Assembly: GCF_009914755.1 (NCBI RefSeq)
Contig: NC_060927.1
From: the human T2T-CHM13v2.0 reference genome, Homo sapiens
DNA: 64,000 nt
Direction: 5' to 3' (one strand)
How positions within the stretch are numbered: position 1 is the stretch's first letter; the number at the start of each line of letters is the position of its first letter. The translations under genes were made by a program, and so were the position numbers. The notes under the pieces were generated by a model that saw nothing but the letters and a program-made list of their open reading frames with translations, ran no database searches and was not told where the DNA came from. Of this stretch, positions 49,701-61,909 are shown in pieces.

Positions 49701-50771
49701 TCTCTAGTTCAAGGCTGGAGCTTGGGTGGATTGCTCCCATGACACCTTTTTTCTTGTTTGACCTCATGTCATAATCATTGAGTCAGGAAGTTGGGCCCCT
49801 GATCTACCAACAGGACACAACCATTTTATGTAGAACAGAGGGTGCATTTGAGAAAAAAAAAAAAAAAAAGGAGAGTGAAAAAAATAAGAGCAAGCCCCGC
49901 TGTGAAGGGAATGGCGCTCTATGCCAGGCCCTGACGGTGAGCTCTATACATAGATGTGGGCTCCTTCTGCATCCCTGACGGTGCGAATATTTCTCCAGCC
50001 TATCATTTGCCTTTGAACTTTATCTATAGTGTCCTTCCATGTACAAAGAGTAATTAATTTCCCCAATTCGTCTCACTGTTATTCTCAAAGAGCACACACA
50101 TCCTTTCTCAGCAGACATTACAGATTTATTTATGGGTCCTTCCAAATGGACCATAACATTCCTTGAGGACAGGAGCATTTTATTCACCACAGTGTCCCTA
50201 GGGCTTGACACCGTGTCTGGTACATAGTAGGCCTTCAATAAACACTGGATAGGTGGGTGGATGGGAGGTAAGGAGTGAGGGAGAAGAGAGGGAAGAAAGG
50301 GGAAGGGGTAAGGCTAGGAAAGATGGGCTGAAAAGGGGAAAGAAGAAAGAAGGAGAGAAAATAAATGCTCAGTAAACACTGGAGGGCAGCTGCTTCTGTT
50401 GACCGCAGTCCCTGGCACAAGCCTGGCTCCACCTGGCAGCTGTTGGCCACGGCTCCCAGTCCACATGGCACACCTGCCTGGCAGGCCTGGCTGTGCTTCG
50501 CGGTTCAGATGCCCGGCTCCTCCTCAATGCGGGGCACACCTTCACAGACCGTGGCCCATCACACGCTGCCTGGGGCCTCCAAGACCCTTTAAAAGTCTGG
50601 CACATGGTAGGCCCTTGATTGAGGTGCAAGGGATGTTAGGGATGGTCTGTGTAGCCTGGAGGAGAGGGGGCCTCTTTCCCCTCCATCTAAAATAGCAGCC
50701 CCTCCCCCTTTTTTTCTGCCTTGCTGCTTTTCTCAGCAGCCATCACTGCCACTCTACATTCATTAGAGAGA

Positions 50772-51237
50772 TCAGTATCCCATATCCGAAGTATTTGGGA
50801 CCAGACTGTTTCAGATTTTGGAATATTCGCATATACATAATGAGATATTTTGGGGATTGGGACCCAAGTCAGCAGCACTTTGAAATCATGTCTAGTCCCC
50901 GGAGCACACAAAGTCTAAAATGCATGAACCCCCAGGCACCTCGGAAGCAGCAAACTAGCCAAGATTGCAGATGCTTACAGGGCTTGGAGTGGAAGGGAGG
51001 GTTTGTGAGTACAAAAACAGTAAAGGAAATTCACTTGTGTTTAATACACACCGTATACACATAGGATGAAGGAGTAATTTTATGAAACATTTTCAATAAT
51101 TTTGCATATGAAACAAAGCTTGTGTTGAGTACTTACATGTGGAATTTTCTATTTGTGGCTTCATGTCAGTGCCCCAAAAGTTTCAGATTTTGGACTGCTT
51201 CAGATTTTGGAATTTTGAAGTAGGAATGTTCAACCTG
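50772..51237. mobile_element. Tigger4b/MER46B-like (TcMar-Tigger) with an internal 150-bp insert
   Basis: agtatcccatatccgaa...ttgggaccaga...catatacataatgagatat...gggacccaagtc; ends aggaatgttcaacctg|TA. Confidence 0.85.
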
Positions 51238-51254
51238 TAGTAGAAGGAAGTGAT

Positions 51255-51482
51255 GAAAGCACTCACACTACAGCCAAGCAGACTGGGTTCAAATCCCACC
51301 ACAGCCCCATGTAAGCTGGGAGACTTTGGTCAAGTTTCTTAATGCTCTGTGTGGCTCAATTTTCTCATGAGAAACAATGATGCCAGCACCTTCCCCATGA
51401 AGCTACCGTGATGGTTAAAAGAGTTGGCTAATGTCAAAGGCTTCCAACAGTGCCTGGCATATAGAAAGGGTTCCATAAATGT
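51255..51482 (+). mobile_element. MIR SINE
   Basis: ctgggttcaaatccc...aacagtgcctggcatatag. Confidence 0.8.
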
Positions 51483-51774
51483 AATCCCAGCTCTGATGAC
51501 CATTTCCCAGCCCGGAATGAAGCTCTGTGAGAAGGGGCACCGTGTGCTCTTTGCTGTGCATTCCCAGAGCCTAGAACAAGGTGTTGTGAGCATAGGCACT
51601 CACTTTCTTTAAATGGAAGGATTTGAGAGCTGGGAAAAGAAAGGCCTAGAGAGGCAGAGACACTCACCCAAAGTCACACAGCAAATTGGAGGCAGAGTTC
51701 CCAACTCCAGTGCACCACACATTTTCCTGGAGAGGGCTGCCAAGGAGCAGCTGTGGGAAATTGGGTGAAGGCCA

Positions 51775-52298
51775 GAGTTGCACCATCCAATATGGTAGCC
51801 ACCAGCTACACATGGCCACCGAGGCCTTGACATGTGGCTAATGTGATTGATGAGCTGAACTGTTCATGTTATTTAATTACATTTTTTTATTACATTTAAA
51901 CTTAAAAACTCATACTTGATTCAGTGATTGGAAAACTTTTATGAGGGTCTCGATCAACTTGGGTAGGTGAATCTTTTTCAGCTATAAGTTTTGTGAAGTC
52001 TAAATGCGGATCAAGTATTCCCATGAAAATTTTAGTATCCAAATTGACATGTGCCATAAAAGTATAAGACACACACCAAACTGGGGAGTCTGGGTATGCA
52101 AAGAAAGAACAGAAAATATCTTCTTAAAAACTGTGCACATTGGTTAATGTTAAAAAGATCATATTTGGGATATATTGCTTTAAATAAAGTGTGTTATTAA
52201 AATTTCATCTATTACCCTTTGGTTTTTTTTTAATGTGGCTACCAGAAAATTGTAAATAACTTACGTGGCTCACATTGTATTTCTATAGTACAGTGTTG
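51775..52298. mobile_element. Charlie1b-like hAT element
   Basis: ccaatatggtagccaccagctacacatggc ... taatgtggctaccagaaaatt...gtggctcacattgtatttctat. Confidence 0.78.
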
Positions 52299-53879
52299 GG
52301 CTTAGAGGGACAAGAACTGGGTGAGGAGGAAGGTGGCTCACTGGCTGGGAGGGTTGTCCCCCACTGCTCCAGCACAGAGGAGCTGAGACTCTGGGGTGGG
52401 CATGTTTGGGGAGCCCCTGAGCACTGGAGCTGGGCTGCACTACTTGGGAAGCCTGAGCTGAGCTGGATCCAGGTCCCTGCACTCTGACACTTCCCTCGAC
52501 AGGCAGGGAAGCAGCTCAGGGATTAGCATTAATTCTTTCCCTCGAGGGCAGATGGGGAGAAGGTTAAGTGCAAACTGACGGCAGCTGCCCAATTAAGCCC
52601 TGGGAGAGGGATGAGGGCAAAGGAGGAGGCTGGGGAATGTTCTTAGGGATTCCCAGGGAGACAGGAAGCAGCAAGGGCTTGACCGCCTTTATCTCATTTC
52701 CCCCTTACCAGTGACGGTTTTCCTACAGGCTCTGCGGGGTGGATTCACTCTTCCCAAACCACATGGCAAGTACGGGGCTGACCTGGGCTCCATTCTCCCA
52801 GTCTTTGCTCCAGCTCTTTAAGCAAAATTAGTTGCCTGCTTTTGCTACTGCTCTGGGAAAACACTGGAGGCAAGGAGACTTTGAGGTGAGAGAGGGATTC
52901 CACCAAGGCTGAGGGCTGACACTGACTTGATACTCCCCATGTGCCAAGTGCTCGCCGGGCATTACCTCGCTGAATTCTCACCCTGTGCTGTTGGCACTGT
53001 TCTCATCACCCCCACTTATAGGCAAGGACATGATGGCCCAGAGAGGTTTAGCACATGGCTCAGGGGCACACAGTTAGGCAGTCAGGAAGCCAGAGATATT
53101 TGAACACCAGGTTACCCCATCAGACCTGAACTCTGAAATTAAGCACTATGCCAAGTTGCCTCTTGTCCTAGGAGGCTTCTCACCAAATATCGGATTCGTC
53201 AGCAGGGAGGCAGAGGTGGTAGAATGACTTCCTGGAGTCCTCCTCTGATATGTTGGATCCTGAGCTGGAGGAGGAGAAAGAGAAGAGACGTCATGTTCCC
53301 CGGGACCAAGTCCTATTGGTCCTAGCTTAGATGCCACCTCCCCCAGGAAACCAGCACTGATTCCTCCCACCTTCCCTTCCAGGCTAGTTACCTGCCCATC
53401 CTCCTTGCTGTCTCTGCTTTCCTGATGCCTACATCCATCCACACAAAAATAGCCAACATATGTCCAACATTTTACCCACATTATTTCAATTTACCCTCAT
53501 AAACATCTAGTAAAGAAGGTACTATTATTACTTCCCTTGGACAGTTGAGAAAACCAAGGCACAGAAAATAAAATGGATTGGTTCATGGTCACCAAGCTCA
53601 GAAGTAACTAATAACAACCCAGACGTCTCCTGCCAAAGTGCCTACTCTTAGCAGCCACATTGTCCTTGCTTCCTGTGGCAGCATCCTATTGGTTTATTGG
53701 TTTGCTCTTCTCTCTCCTCTACGCTTGCAGGGAAATTCGAAAGACTAAGTCGAGACCTTGCAGGTGTAGCAATCATGAGAGCACCCTGGTTACCGTTTGG
53801 AGTCACTGGGTGTCTTGCTCACTACTTAGAAGCCTTGTGCTGCCTTGGAGCAAGTCATCCAGGCTCCGCTGCATTGCTT

Positions 53880-54250
53880 GATTCACACATTGTCTACTGA
53901 TTGAGCACCTTCTATGCGCCAGGCACTGAGACCAAGGAGGTCCCCATCCTCATGGAGCTTCCACGCTAGGTAGAGAAACAGAGAGAATCCCAGTACTCAA
54001 ATAAGGATATAGAGTAATTTCCTGTACTGGCAAGGCCAAGAAAGAGAACTAAAGCAGAAGATGGGGGAGAGAATGACAAGTAGAGGGGGTGGTCTGGAGG
54101 GCCCATGTGAGGAGGTGGTGTGAGGACAGGGATATGAAGTGAGGGGCCAGCCACAGGAAGACCTGGAGGAAGGCAGCCAGGAGGAGGAAATGGCAAGGGC
54201 AACAGCACTGCGAGGGGAGCATGTTTAGCGTGTCCAAGGAACCAGAGGTC
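53880..54250 (-). mobile_element. L2 fragment (resumes ~55110-55280 after an L1 insertion)
   Basis: ttgagcaccttctatgcgccaggcactg...ggtccccatcctcatggagctt. Confidence 0.75.
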
Positions 54251-54255
54251 CAGGC

Positions 54256-55092
54256 AAAATACACATTTGTTCACAGCAGCATTGTTTATAAGAGCCAAAA
54301 AGTGGAAATGACCCCAATGCCTACCAACGAATGGATGGATAAAGTGCATACCCATACCACACAATATGATTTGGCCTCTAAAAGGGATAAAGTACTGATT
54401 CATGAGACAACGTGGATGGATCTTGAAACATTAGGCCAAGTAAAAGCAGCCAGTCACAAAATGAAAACACATATTGTATGGTTCCATATGTATGAAATGC
54501 CCGGAATAGGCAAATCTGTAGAGACAGAGAGTAGATTCATGGTTGCCAGGGGCTGGAGGGGAGGGAGAATGGGAATGACCGCTGATGGGGAATTTGGGGA
54601 TTATGAAAATATTCTAAACTTTGATTGTGATGATCATTGCACAACTCTGAATATATTATACTAAAACCATTGAGCTGTACATTTTAAATGGGTGAGTTTT
54701 ATGAGACGTTAATTTTTTTTTTATTTTTTATTTTGGAGACAGGGTCTTGTTGTGTCACCCAGGCTGGAGTACAGGGGCACAATCATAGCTTACTGCATCC
54801 TTGACCTCCTGGGCTCAAGAGATCCTCCTGCCTCAGCCTCCTGAGTAGCTGGGACTACAGGTGTGCACCATCATGCCCAGCTAATTTTTTGTAGAGGTGG
54901 TGTCTTGCTGTGTTGCCCAGGCTGGCCTCAAACTCCTGGGCTCAAGTGACCCCCACACCTCAGCCTCCCAAAGTGCTGGGATAAAGGCATGAGCCACTAT
55001 GCCCAGCCTGATGTTATTTATAGCTCAATAGAGCTGGTTTTTCTCTTTTTAAAAAAAAGAAAAAGAAAAGAAAAGAAAAGAAAAGAAAAGAA
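54256..55092 (+). mobile_element. L1MB-type 3' end with (GAAAA)n tail, interrupted by an AluJ
   Basis: tgttcacagcagcattgtttataagagccaaaaagtggaaa...ggaataggcaaatctgtagagacaga...cattgcacaactctgaatata. Confidence 0.9.
54713..55008 (-). mobile_element. AluJ
   Basis: gagacagggtcttg...aatcatagcttactgca...ctcctgggctcaag. Confidence 0.95.
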
Positions 55093-55284
55093 ATGAACAA
55101 AAAGAAGCAAGAACAGGCAAGGAAGGCTGGAGGGGAATAGGCAAGGAGAAGACAGAGAAGAGAAGACCAGAGGTTCTTACAGTTTGAGAACTTTGGGTTT
55201 CACTCTGTCATTAGAAGCCATTGGGGGTTCTGAGCTGGGAATCTGGTGGTCCAATTTACATGTTTTAAAGATTATTCATTTGCA

Positions 55285-55520
55285 GAGCAGCATAACGGTT
55301 GCTGGATTCCGGGGCCTTGATTCAAATCCCAGCAGAGTCTACATGCCTAGCTATGTGACTGCAGCAAGCTGTATAATCTTTGGGGGCCTCAGTTTCTCAA
55401 CCATAAAATGGGATGATCATAGCATCTCCCTTCTAGGGAGGCTTAACTGAGTGAATATTCATGAAGCATTTGGAAGAGTGCCTGGTACATAGGCAATGAT
55501 CCATGAAAGTTAGGTAACTT
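55285..55520 (+). mobile_element. MIR SINE
   Basis: ttcaaatcccagc...gcctcagtttctcaaccataaaatgggat...agtgcctggtacatag. Confidence 0.85.
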
Positions 55521-55762
55521 AAGTCAATAAGAAAGTACTCACTGGATAGTCCCTGTCTTCCTGGGGAGAAAGCGCTGCCAGCCAGGGGCTGCTTTCCGCT
55601 TTGCAAAGCTCTAGCCCCTCGCCTGGCTCAATCCAACAAGTAATTGCTCCGAGGCCTCCTTCCAAATGGGCCATAAATCAGAGGCCAGGGTCTCCTGTTA
55701 CCAGCGGCTGGTGGTGAAGTCCCTCCCCCGGGTAATGGGAAGCAGATGTTGGCAGCCCCTTC

Positions 55763-55781
55763 TGGCCTCCAGAGGGCTGTG
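55763..55781 (+). promoter_or_regulatory. Candidate CTCF motif
   Basis: TGGCCTCCAGAGGGCTGTG versus consensus TGGCCACCAGGGGGCGCTA; motif match only. Confidence 0.35.
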
Positions 55782-56514
55782 TACCTGGGCTGCTCACGTC
55801 ACAGCAGTTGGAGCAAGAATTTCCATGAGCTTTTAAATCGAAGGTTGTCAAAGAAACGGCCTCCTAGGGCTTCCAGATGTTCTGCGGCGTGTTTCAAGCA
55901 GGAGGTGGGCAGCTAATGGGGGCCTTCAGGGGCTGAGAGAGGAAGAGCAGGGTCAGGGATAACACTAGGTTCCTTCCAAGGGGCCTGACCAGCAGGCAAG
56001 GTGTGGGGCCTGAGAGGTGGCAAGCTGTCAAGAAAGCAGCACAGGCTTTGCAGCCAGGAGGACCTGGTTCAAATTCTGTTTCTCATTTTCTCAGCCTGTG
56101 CCCTGAAGTCAAGGGTAAGTCACCTTTCCAGACCCCAGTTTTCTCGCCTGTGAAATGGGTGTGATGTTACTTATCTCACACATATTTGAAGGTGGGAAGT
56201 AGTTTAAGTTAAAGCACAGTGTCTCAGGCATGGTAAATGCTCAAAAAATGAAGGTAGTTATTAGAAGCGAGCTATGCACAGAGCCTTGTTACCCATTAAG
56301 TCTTTATTGTCGCTGGACGCTGAGCACTGTGACGGGCAAGGAAGTGTAGTCACCTCACAAGACCTTCTACGTTTCTTAAGGCCAAGGCCTTGATGAGGTC
56401 CAGAAAATTCCTTAACAATCTTTCAGCTACAAGTCCATGCACAGTTTGGCTTTAGGTACAATTCAGGGCTCACATGATGTCACCAAGAGGCAGCTCCTCT
56501 TTAGCTTCCACTGA

Positions 56515-57025
56515 CTGGTTGTCAGATTTAAGCAAATAAAAATATAAAACGTCAGTTAAACTTTAATTTCAGATAAACAAGAAGTACTTTTCTTAGTATA
56601 AGTATGTCCCACTAAATATCTGGAAGATACTTTCTTTTTTTTTTTTTTTTTTTTTTTGAGACAAAGTCTCACTCTGTCACCCAGGCTGGAGTGCAGTGGC
56701 ACAATCTCAGCTCACTGCAACCTCTGCCTCCTGAGTTCAAGCTATTCTCCTGCCTCAGCCTCCTGAGTAGCTGAGATTACAGGCACAGGCCACCATAACC
56801 GGCTAATTTTTTGCATTTTTATTAAAAGTAGAAATGGGTTTCACCATATTGGTTAGGCTGGTCTCCAACTCCTAGCCTCAAGTGATCAGCCCACCTCGGC
56901 CTCCCAAAGTGCTGGGATTACAGGCATGAGCCACTGTCCCCGGCCCATTTGGGACATACTTGTACTAAAAACATATTCATTGTTGAATTAATTAACAGGG
57001 CCACCTGTGTTTTATCTGGCAGCTC
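56515..57025. mobile_element. MER53 (hAT) split by an Alu
   Basis: ggttgtcagatttaagcaaataaaaata...tagtataagtatgtccca | tttgggacatacttgtactaaaaa...ttttatctggcag. Confidence 0.85.
56631..56945 (-). mobile_element. Alu (AluS)
   Basis: T-tail then reverse-complement dimer; TSD atctggaagatactt/atttgggacatactt. Confidence 0.96.
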
Positions 57026-57565
57026 ACTGGAGTTCGGCCTTAGGCTGGGTCCTCTGGGGTAGCAATAGGGCAGCAAACCTCTCATGGTTCAGACTGGATT
57101 ATGTGACTATCCTGAGCCAGTCACTGTGGGCAGAAGAACTTAATACATCGGCTGCTATCACCTGGTTTACACACTCCATCCCCAGACTCAGAGTCTGTCT
57201 ACCTCTAGCTTCTGGAAAGAGGGTGCTTCCCTTAAAGAAAAAGCAAGTACTGTAGATAGTACTGTAGATGCGGTATATGAAAGGAAGGAAAAACAGGATC
57301 TACTGTGAGCAGATGCAAGGAGGAGAGATTCTTAAACCAGAGGCAGGGATGTGGGTGTCCCCCAGCTCCAACTAGCGGAGTAAGCCCAGCTGGCCTGGTA
57401 CCAAGAGATAAAAGTAGATCTTTGAGAAAAAGAACCCCAGGTTGTCCTGGCTGACTCTTTGACAGCATCTCTGGGTAAAACAACCTGCAGGAAGTCCTTC
57501 CCTAACTCTCTTCTCTGAGGCTCAGTGTTCTCATCAGCAAAATGAGTATAAGAATTCAAACTTCT

Positions 57566-57700
57566 GATCAGGCATGTGGTGATTCACGCCTATATTTCCA
57601 GCATTTTGGGTGGCCGAGGCAGGTTGCATCACTTGAGTTCCAGAGTTCGATACCCACCTGGGCAACATAACAAGACCTCGCCTCTAAAAAAAAAAAAAAA
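57566..57700 (+). mobile_element. FLAM (free left Alu monomer) inserted in a MIR
   Basis: Single Alu monomer plus A tail; perfect 16-bp TSD aagaattcaaacttct at 57550-57565 and 57701-57716. Confidence 0.93.
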
Positions 57701-57911
57701 AAGAATTCAAACTTCTTGGGGGGAGTTGTGAAGATTATCTGAGGTTCAACTGACTCCTAACTTGAGACCCAGTTAGTTATTACATAATAGTCACAAATTC
57801 AGTTGGCAGCACTCAAAAATTTATTTCCTAAGGGTAGATTTTTTACAAAGTGGGGTTCCAGTCCCAGTAATCTTTCATTCCTTGACAATACCAATTAATT
57901 ATGATTGCTTG

Positions 57912-58128
57912 TTGTGGCTTCTCAGCCTCAGCACTGACATTTTGGGCTGGATACTTCTCTGTTGTGGGGGGCTGCCCTGTGCATGGTAGGATGTCTAGCA
58001 GCACCCCCAAACCCCACCCACTAGAAGCCAATAGCAGCTGCTTCTTAGCTGTGACAGCAGAAATGTCTTCCAGACATTGCTAAATGTTCCCCTAAGGGGT
58101 AAAGTCATTCTCTCCTCTAAGAACCACT
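57912..58128. mobile_element. MER20 (hAT-Charlie)
   Basis: gacattttgggctggata...gggggctgccctgtgcat...aaatgtcttccagacattgctaaatg...agaaccactg. Confidence 0.92.
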
Positions 58129-58734
58129 GTGATAATAGCATAAAATACAAATATATATTCGTATAAACATGTATTAAGATATTGTGTTGAATGTGTACTG
58201 TAAGCCCTATATTATGCATATCCCATTGGGGAAGCTTATCAATGTGGACTGAGCCAGCTGAGGTCTCTTAAAATAAAGTCCGTATAAATTGGAGGGAAGA
58301 CACCACTTCCTGAAGTAGGCAAGCCCGAGTGTCTTCCTGCCCCTAGGGACTTTCAAACTGCATTAAAAATGAGAATCATCTGTCTCAAAAATGTTTCCTT
58401 GTCAAGTTAATTGAATGGAGGAGGAGGTGGGGCAATGCCCAATCACCTCTTCCGCCTCCGTTTTAGCAAAAGCCAAAGGGCTTCTGGGAGCAACATCAGG
58501 ATTTGTGTAGTGTTGGCGTCTTAAAGTCATGCTTTACTTTTTAACGATTCTTTTTAAGTTATAAAAATAATGCCGACAGCCAAGCCATGGCGGGTGGGAG
58601 GGAGGGATGGGGGTGTCCACAGGTAAAGACCAGGAAGATAGCAAAATTCAATTGAAGGCTGTCCTAGACGTTGCATGGAAGCCGCGGTTGCCTCTCACTA
58701 GCTGGTGTCCTTGGGCTAGTTACCTAATCTCTGA

Positions 58735-58911
58735 CAGGGCTGACTTCACAAGCCTGTGTCCCAGGCAGTCACTCAGGGCCTGTGATCAGAAGGACACCTC
58801 ACTTGGTTTAACAGTCTGCTGTGGTTTCAGTCTTGAAGTTCTTAATTTTTGAACCAAAGACCCCACATTTTTATTTTACACTGAATGTCCTAAATCATGC
58901 AGCCAATCCTG
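58735..58911. mobile_element. MER45A (hAT-Tip100) inserted in a MIR
   Basis: cagggctgacttca ... tgcagccaatcctg ends; 8-bp TSD ATCTCTGA/CTCTCTGA. Confidence 0.88.
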
Positions 58912-61430
58912 CTCTCTGAACTCAGTTTTTACATCTGTAAAGTGGGGGTCATGACACCCTCCCATTGCAAGACGACTGTGAGGGTTACACACTAGTCCAG
59001 GGGCTGACAGCTCTCAGCACTGCAGTTCCCTGCCCAGCCATCCCAGTGGCTGAAACAACAGCGTTTGCAGTCATTCTCAGGCCCCATCTCAGAAGGAAGT
59101 CTTTAACGACGGGCCTGAGACCATGACTCTGAGCTTCCGGAACCTTTGAAATTCTCTCTGTTTATTATTTTTGTGACTACCATCTGTTTCCTGTAGCAAT
59201 GAACTCTTTAAATGAAAAGGTCTGTGGACTGAGGGGTGGAGCAGGAGGACAGCGGGGAGACTCCACCCTCCAGGGCAGCCTGGCTGGGGAGGAGAGTCCC
59301 CAGGGGAGAGTTGGCAGAGCAGAGCAAACAAGCAGCGTCCCCAGAGTGCCTGCAAGGCAGGAAGGAAGATCGCCTTCTCACGTTGCACCCTGTTCAGCTT
59401 TCCGAAGAGGGAGACAAAGGTGGAGTTGGAGCCAGTCCTCAGATTCGCGTGACTCCATGGCCCATCTTTTGCCTCCCTCTGCACGCCATGAGCTTCTGTA
59501 GTTAAAGGGCTCCTGGGGGCTGCGGCTCACCATCGCCCCACCTCCGCAGGTGGACTCTGGCAGGTTCAAGGAGGTAGAAGTGCTGAGGGACCCTGTCCTC
59601 TTGTCCTTTCTATCACTGCTACCCCAGCAGGTGTCCAGGCCCCCACCCCATCTCCACAGTTTGCAGATGGCCTGCGATGCTGAAACAGGAACATCCATGA
59701 GGGAGAAGTAGAAGGTGCCAGACAAGCACTCGGGACATGGCTGGAGGTTCCCCTCTGAGCTAGGAGGTCCCACCAGCTGTCCACAGAAAGGACCACCTTT
59801 GCAACTCCCATGTGTTGATGCTGGATGGTAACGCAGTAATAAGCTGGAGGGTGTGGAGGTGCTGACTGAGAGCCCTTGGGCATTGTTGGTGGGTGACCCA
59901 AGTCCCCTCTCCAGGAGGGGCTGGGCAGTACCTGGAAACTGAGTTTCCTCCAGCCCACATGGCCGCAGGACCTCTCTCCTTTATTGTGTCCCCTCCATCT
60001 CTCTTCCTTCCCCACCCAGAAGAAACCTTGCCATCTCCAGGCCCAGAAATTCATCTTGTTCCCAGCTCTCCTCCCCACTTCCGTCACTGATGCCCATCAG
60101 TCCTTCTCCTCCCCGCAGGCCTAAGATTTTGCAACTCCAAGGCCAAGAGCTGACATTCTCTTCTCTCCGAGTTGCTGCCTCTCCCGAGGCAATGAGAACA
60201 AAATGCACACAGCAGCCAGAATGGAGGAGGGGACGAGGGTAGAGAGAAACACCAGGAATAAAAACCTCATGCCTTCATACTTTCAGAGTCACCCGCCACC
60301 CCACTACATGCTCTTGAGGATTTATGGCAAGACCCATGATGATTTTTTTTGCTGATTTGTTTCACAAAAAAAAATTGACCTATGACTGTGGGAATGTGTC
60401 ACCAAAGGAAAATCATCTCTTAGGTGACAAGATGCTGGAGGAAGGAGAGGTCCCCTTGCCTTGTGCCTCAAGACACCAAACTATCAAAGGAGGCACAGGG
60501 AGAGACCCAAAGCCCAGCATTACCTGGGCTGGTACTGATTTCTTGAGGCTGAAACCAATCAAGTTTTCTCAGCCCCAGGCCCCTGTTCCTCCACGCTCTG
60601 AAGATGACCATCTGAGGCCTTTAGAAAGTCACTTTATGAGACAGTGGTCTCATAACAGTGGTCCATAGGTAGTGGTCACCACAGAGTCTATGATGAAGCC
60701 ACAGGGGAATTTGTGGGAGTTTTAATGTTCAACAAGAAAGCCTACTTACAGGGAAGTTAGACGTGCTTCCATCCTTTGCTTCTTTCAATGGCAGCATTAT
60801 TTAGCCAGTACGTTTTAATACCTCCATTAATTAGCATAAAAAATATTTTGGAAATGTCCTCACCCACCTTGGGAAGGCTCCCAGCCAGGTTACAAGGGGA
60901 AGTCTTCTCTTTTCCCCTCAGTAAGCGGGAGCAGCTGCAGATAGACTAACCATCGTCTACCTTCTTGTTGGTGAGAATAACTGTCCAACCAGCAGCACGG
61001 AGGCAGTTCTGAGAATGAAGGAGCTTGCTCAATGACTAATCCGGAAAAGAAAGTCCCTCATCCTAATTTAGAAGGTAGCTCCAGTTCGTGGCTTTGCTAA
61101 ACTGCACCTCCTTTAGTCATTTCATGCCAATTCAACCCCTTTCAACAAACGCATTTTCCAGTTTAGAGCTGGAATGGCCTTGGGAGGTTTTGGAGGCCTG
61201 GAGGATGGGAGGGAAGTAGGTGAGGCAAGATTGGGCTTAGAGCTGCCATCAGAGAGCCCCCTGGGATGCTTGTCAAATGTTGATCCTGGGTACAAGACCA
61301 AGTCACAGAATTTTTTTGCTGAATGTGTCCCTAAATTAGTAACACTTCAAGTATTCCTCCAGAGTTCCTGCATGGTGCTGCTGGGAGTTCCCTGCCACAA
61401 ACCAGTCAGCTGATCTCAGGTACCTTTTAT

Positions 61431-61723
61431 CTTTTATTTTATTATTATTATTATTTGAGACAGAGTCTCTCTGTTTCCCAGGCTGGAGTGCAGTGGCACA
61501 ATCATGACTCAGTGCAGCCTCCTGGGCTCCAGTGATCCTCCTGCCTCAGCCTCCCGAGTAGCTGGGACTACAGGTGTACACCATCACAGCCAGCTAATTT
61601 TTTTTATTTTTTGTAGAGACAGGTTTTCACCATGTTTCCCAGGCTGATCTTGAACTCCTGAGCTCAAACGATCCTCCCACCTCAGCCTCCCAAAGTGCTG
61701 GGATTACAGATCTGTACCAGGCC
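61431..61723 (-). mobile_element. AluJ
   Basis: Reverse-complement dimer; 16-bp TSD ctcaggtaccttttat/ctcaggtacattttat. Confidence 0.95.
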
Positions 61724-61909
61724 CTCAGGTACATTTTATAACACTTCAGAGTCTATGTCTCCAGTTATAAACTGGAAATCATACGATTTATCCTCCCTCA
61801 TAATACAGTGAGTTCCTCCTATCGGAATCATGGGCTGAGGATAAGGACCCATGTCTTAGTTATTTTCTGCAGGGTCCAGTACTGGTACCTATTAGTAATA
61901 ACAAAAACA

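Noticed and set aside
54221-54664. 147-aa ORF with TTWMDLE motif
   Set aside because: Decayed L1 ORF2 C-terminus/3'UTR of an L1MB fragment; not a gene.
59089-60208. Overlapping 130-173 aa ORFs
   Set aside because: Same GC-rich artefact; no homology or convincing splice architecture.
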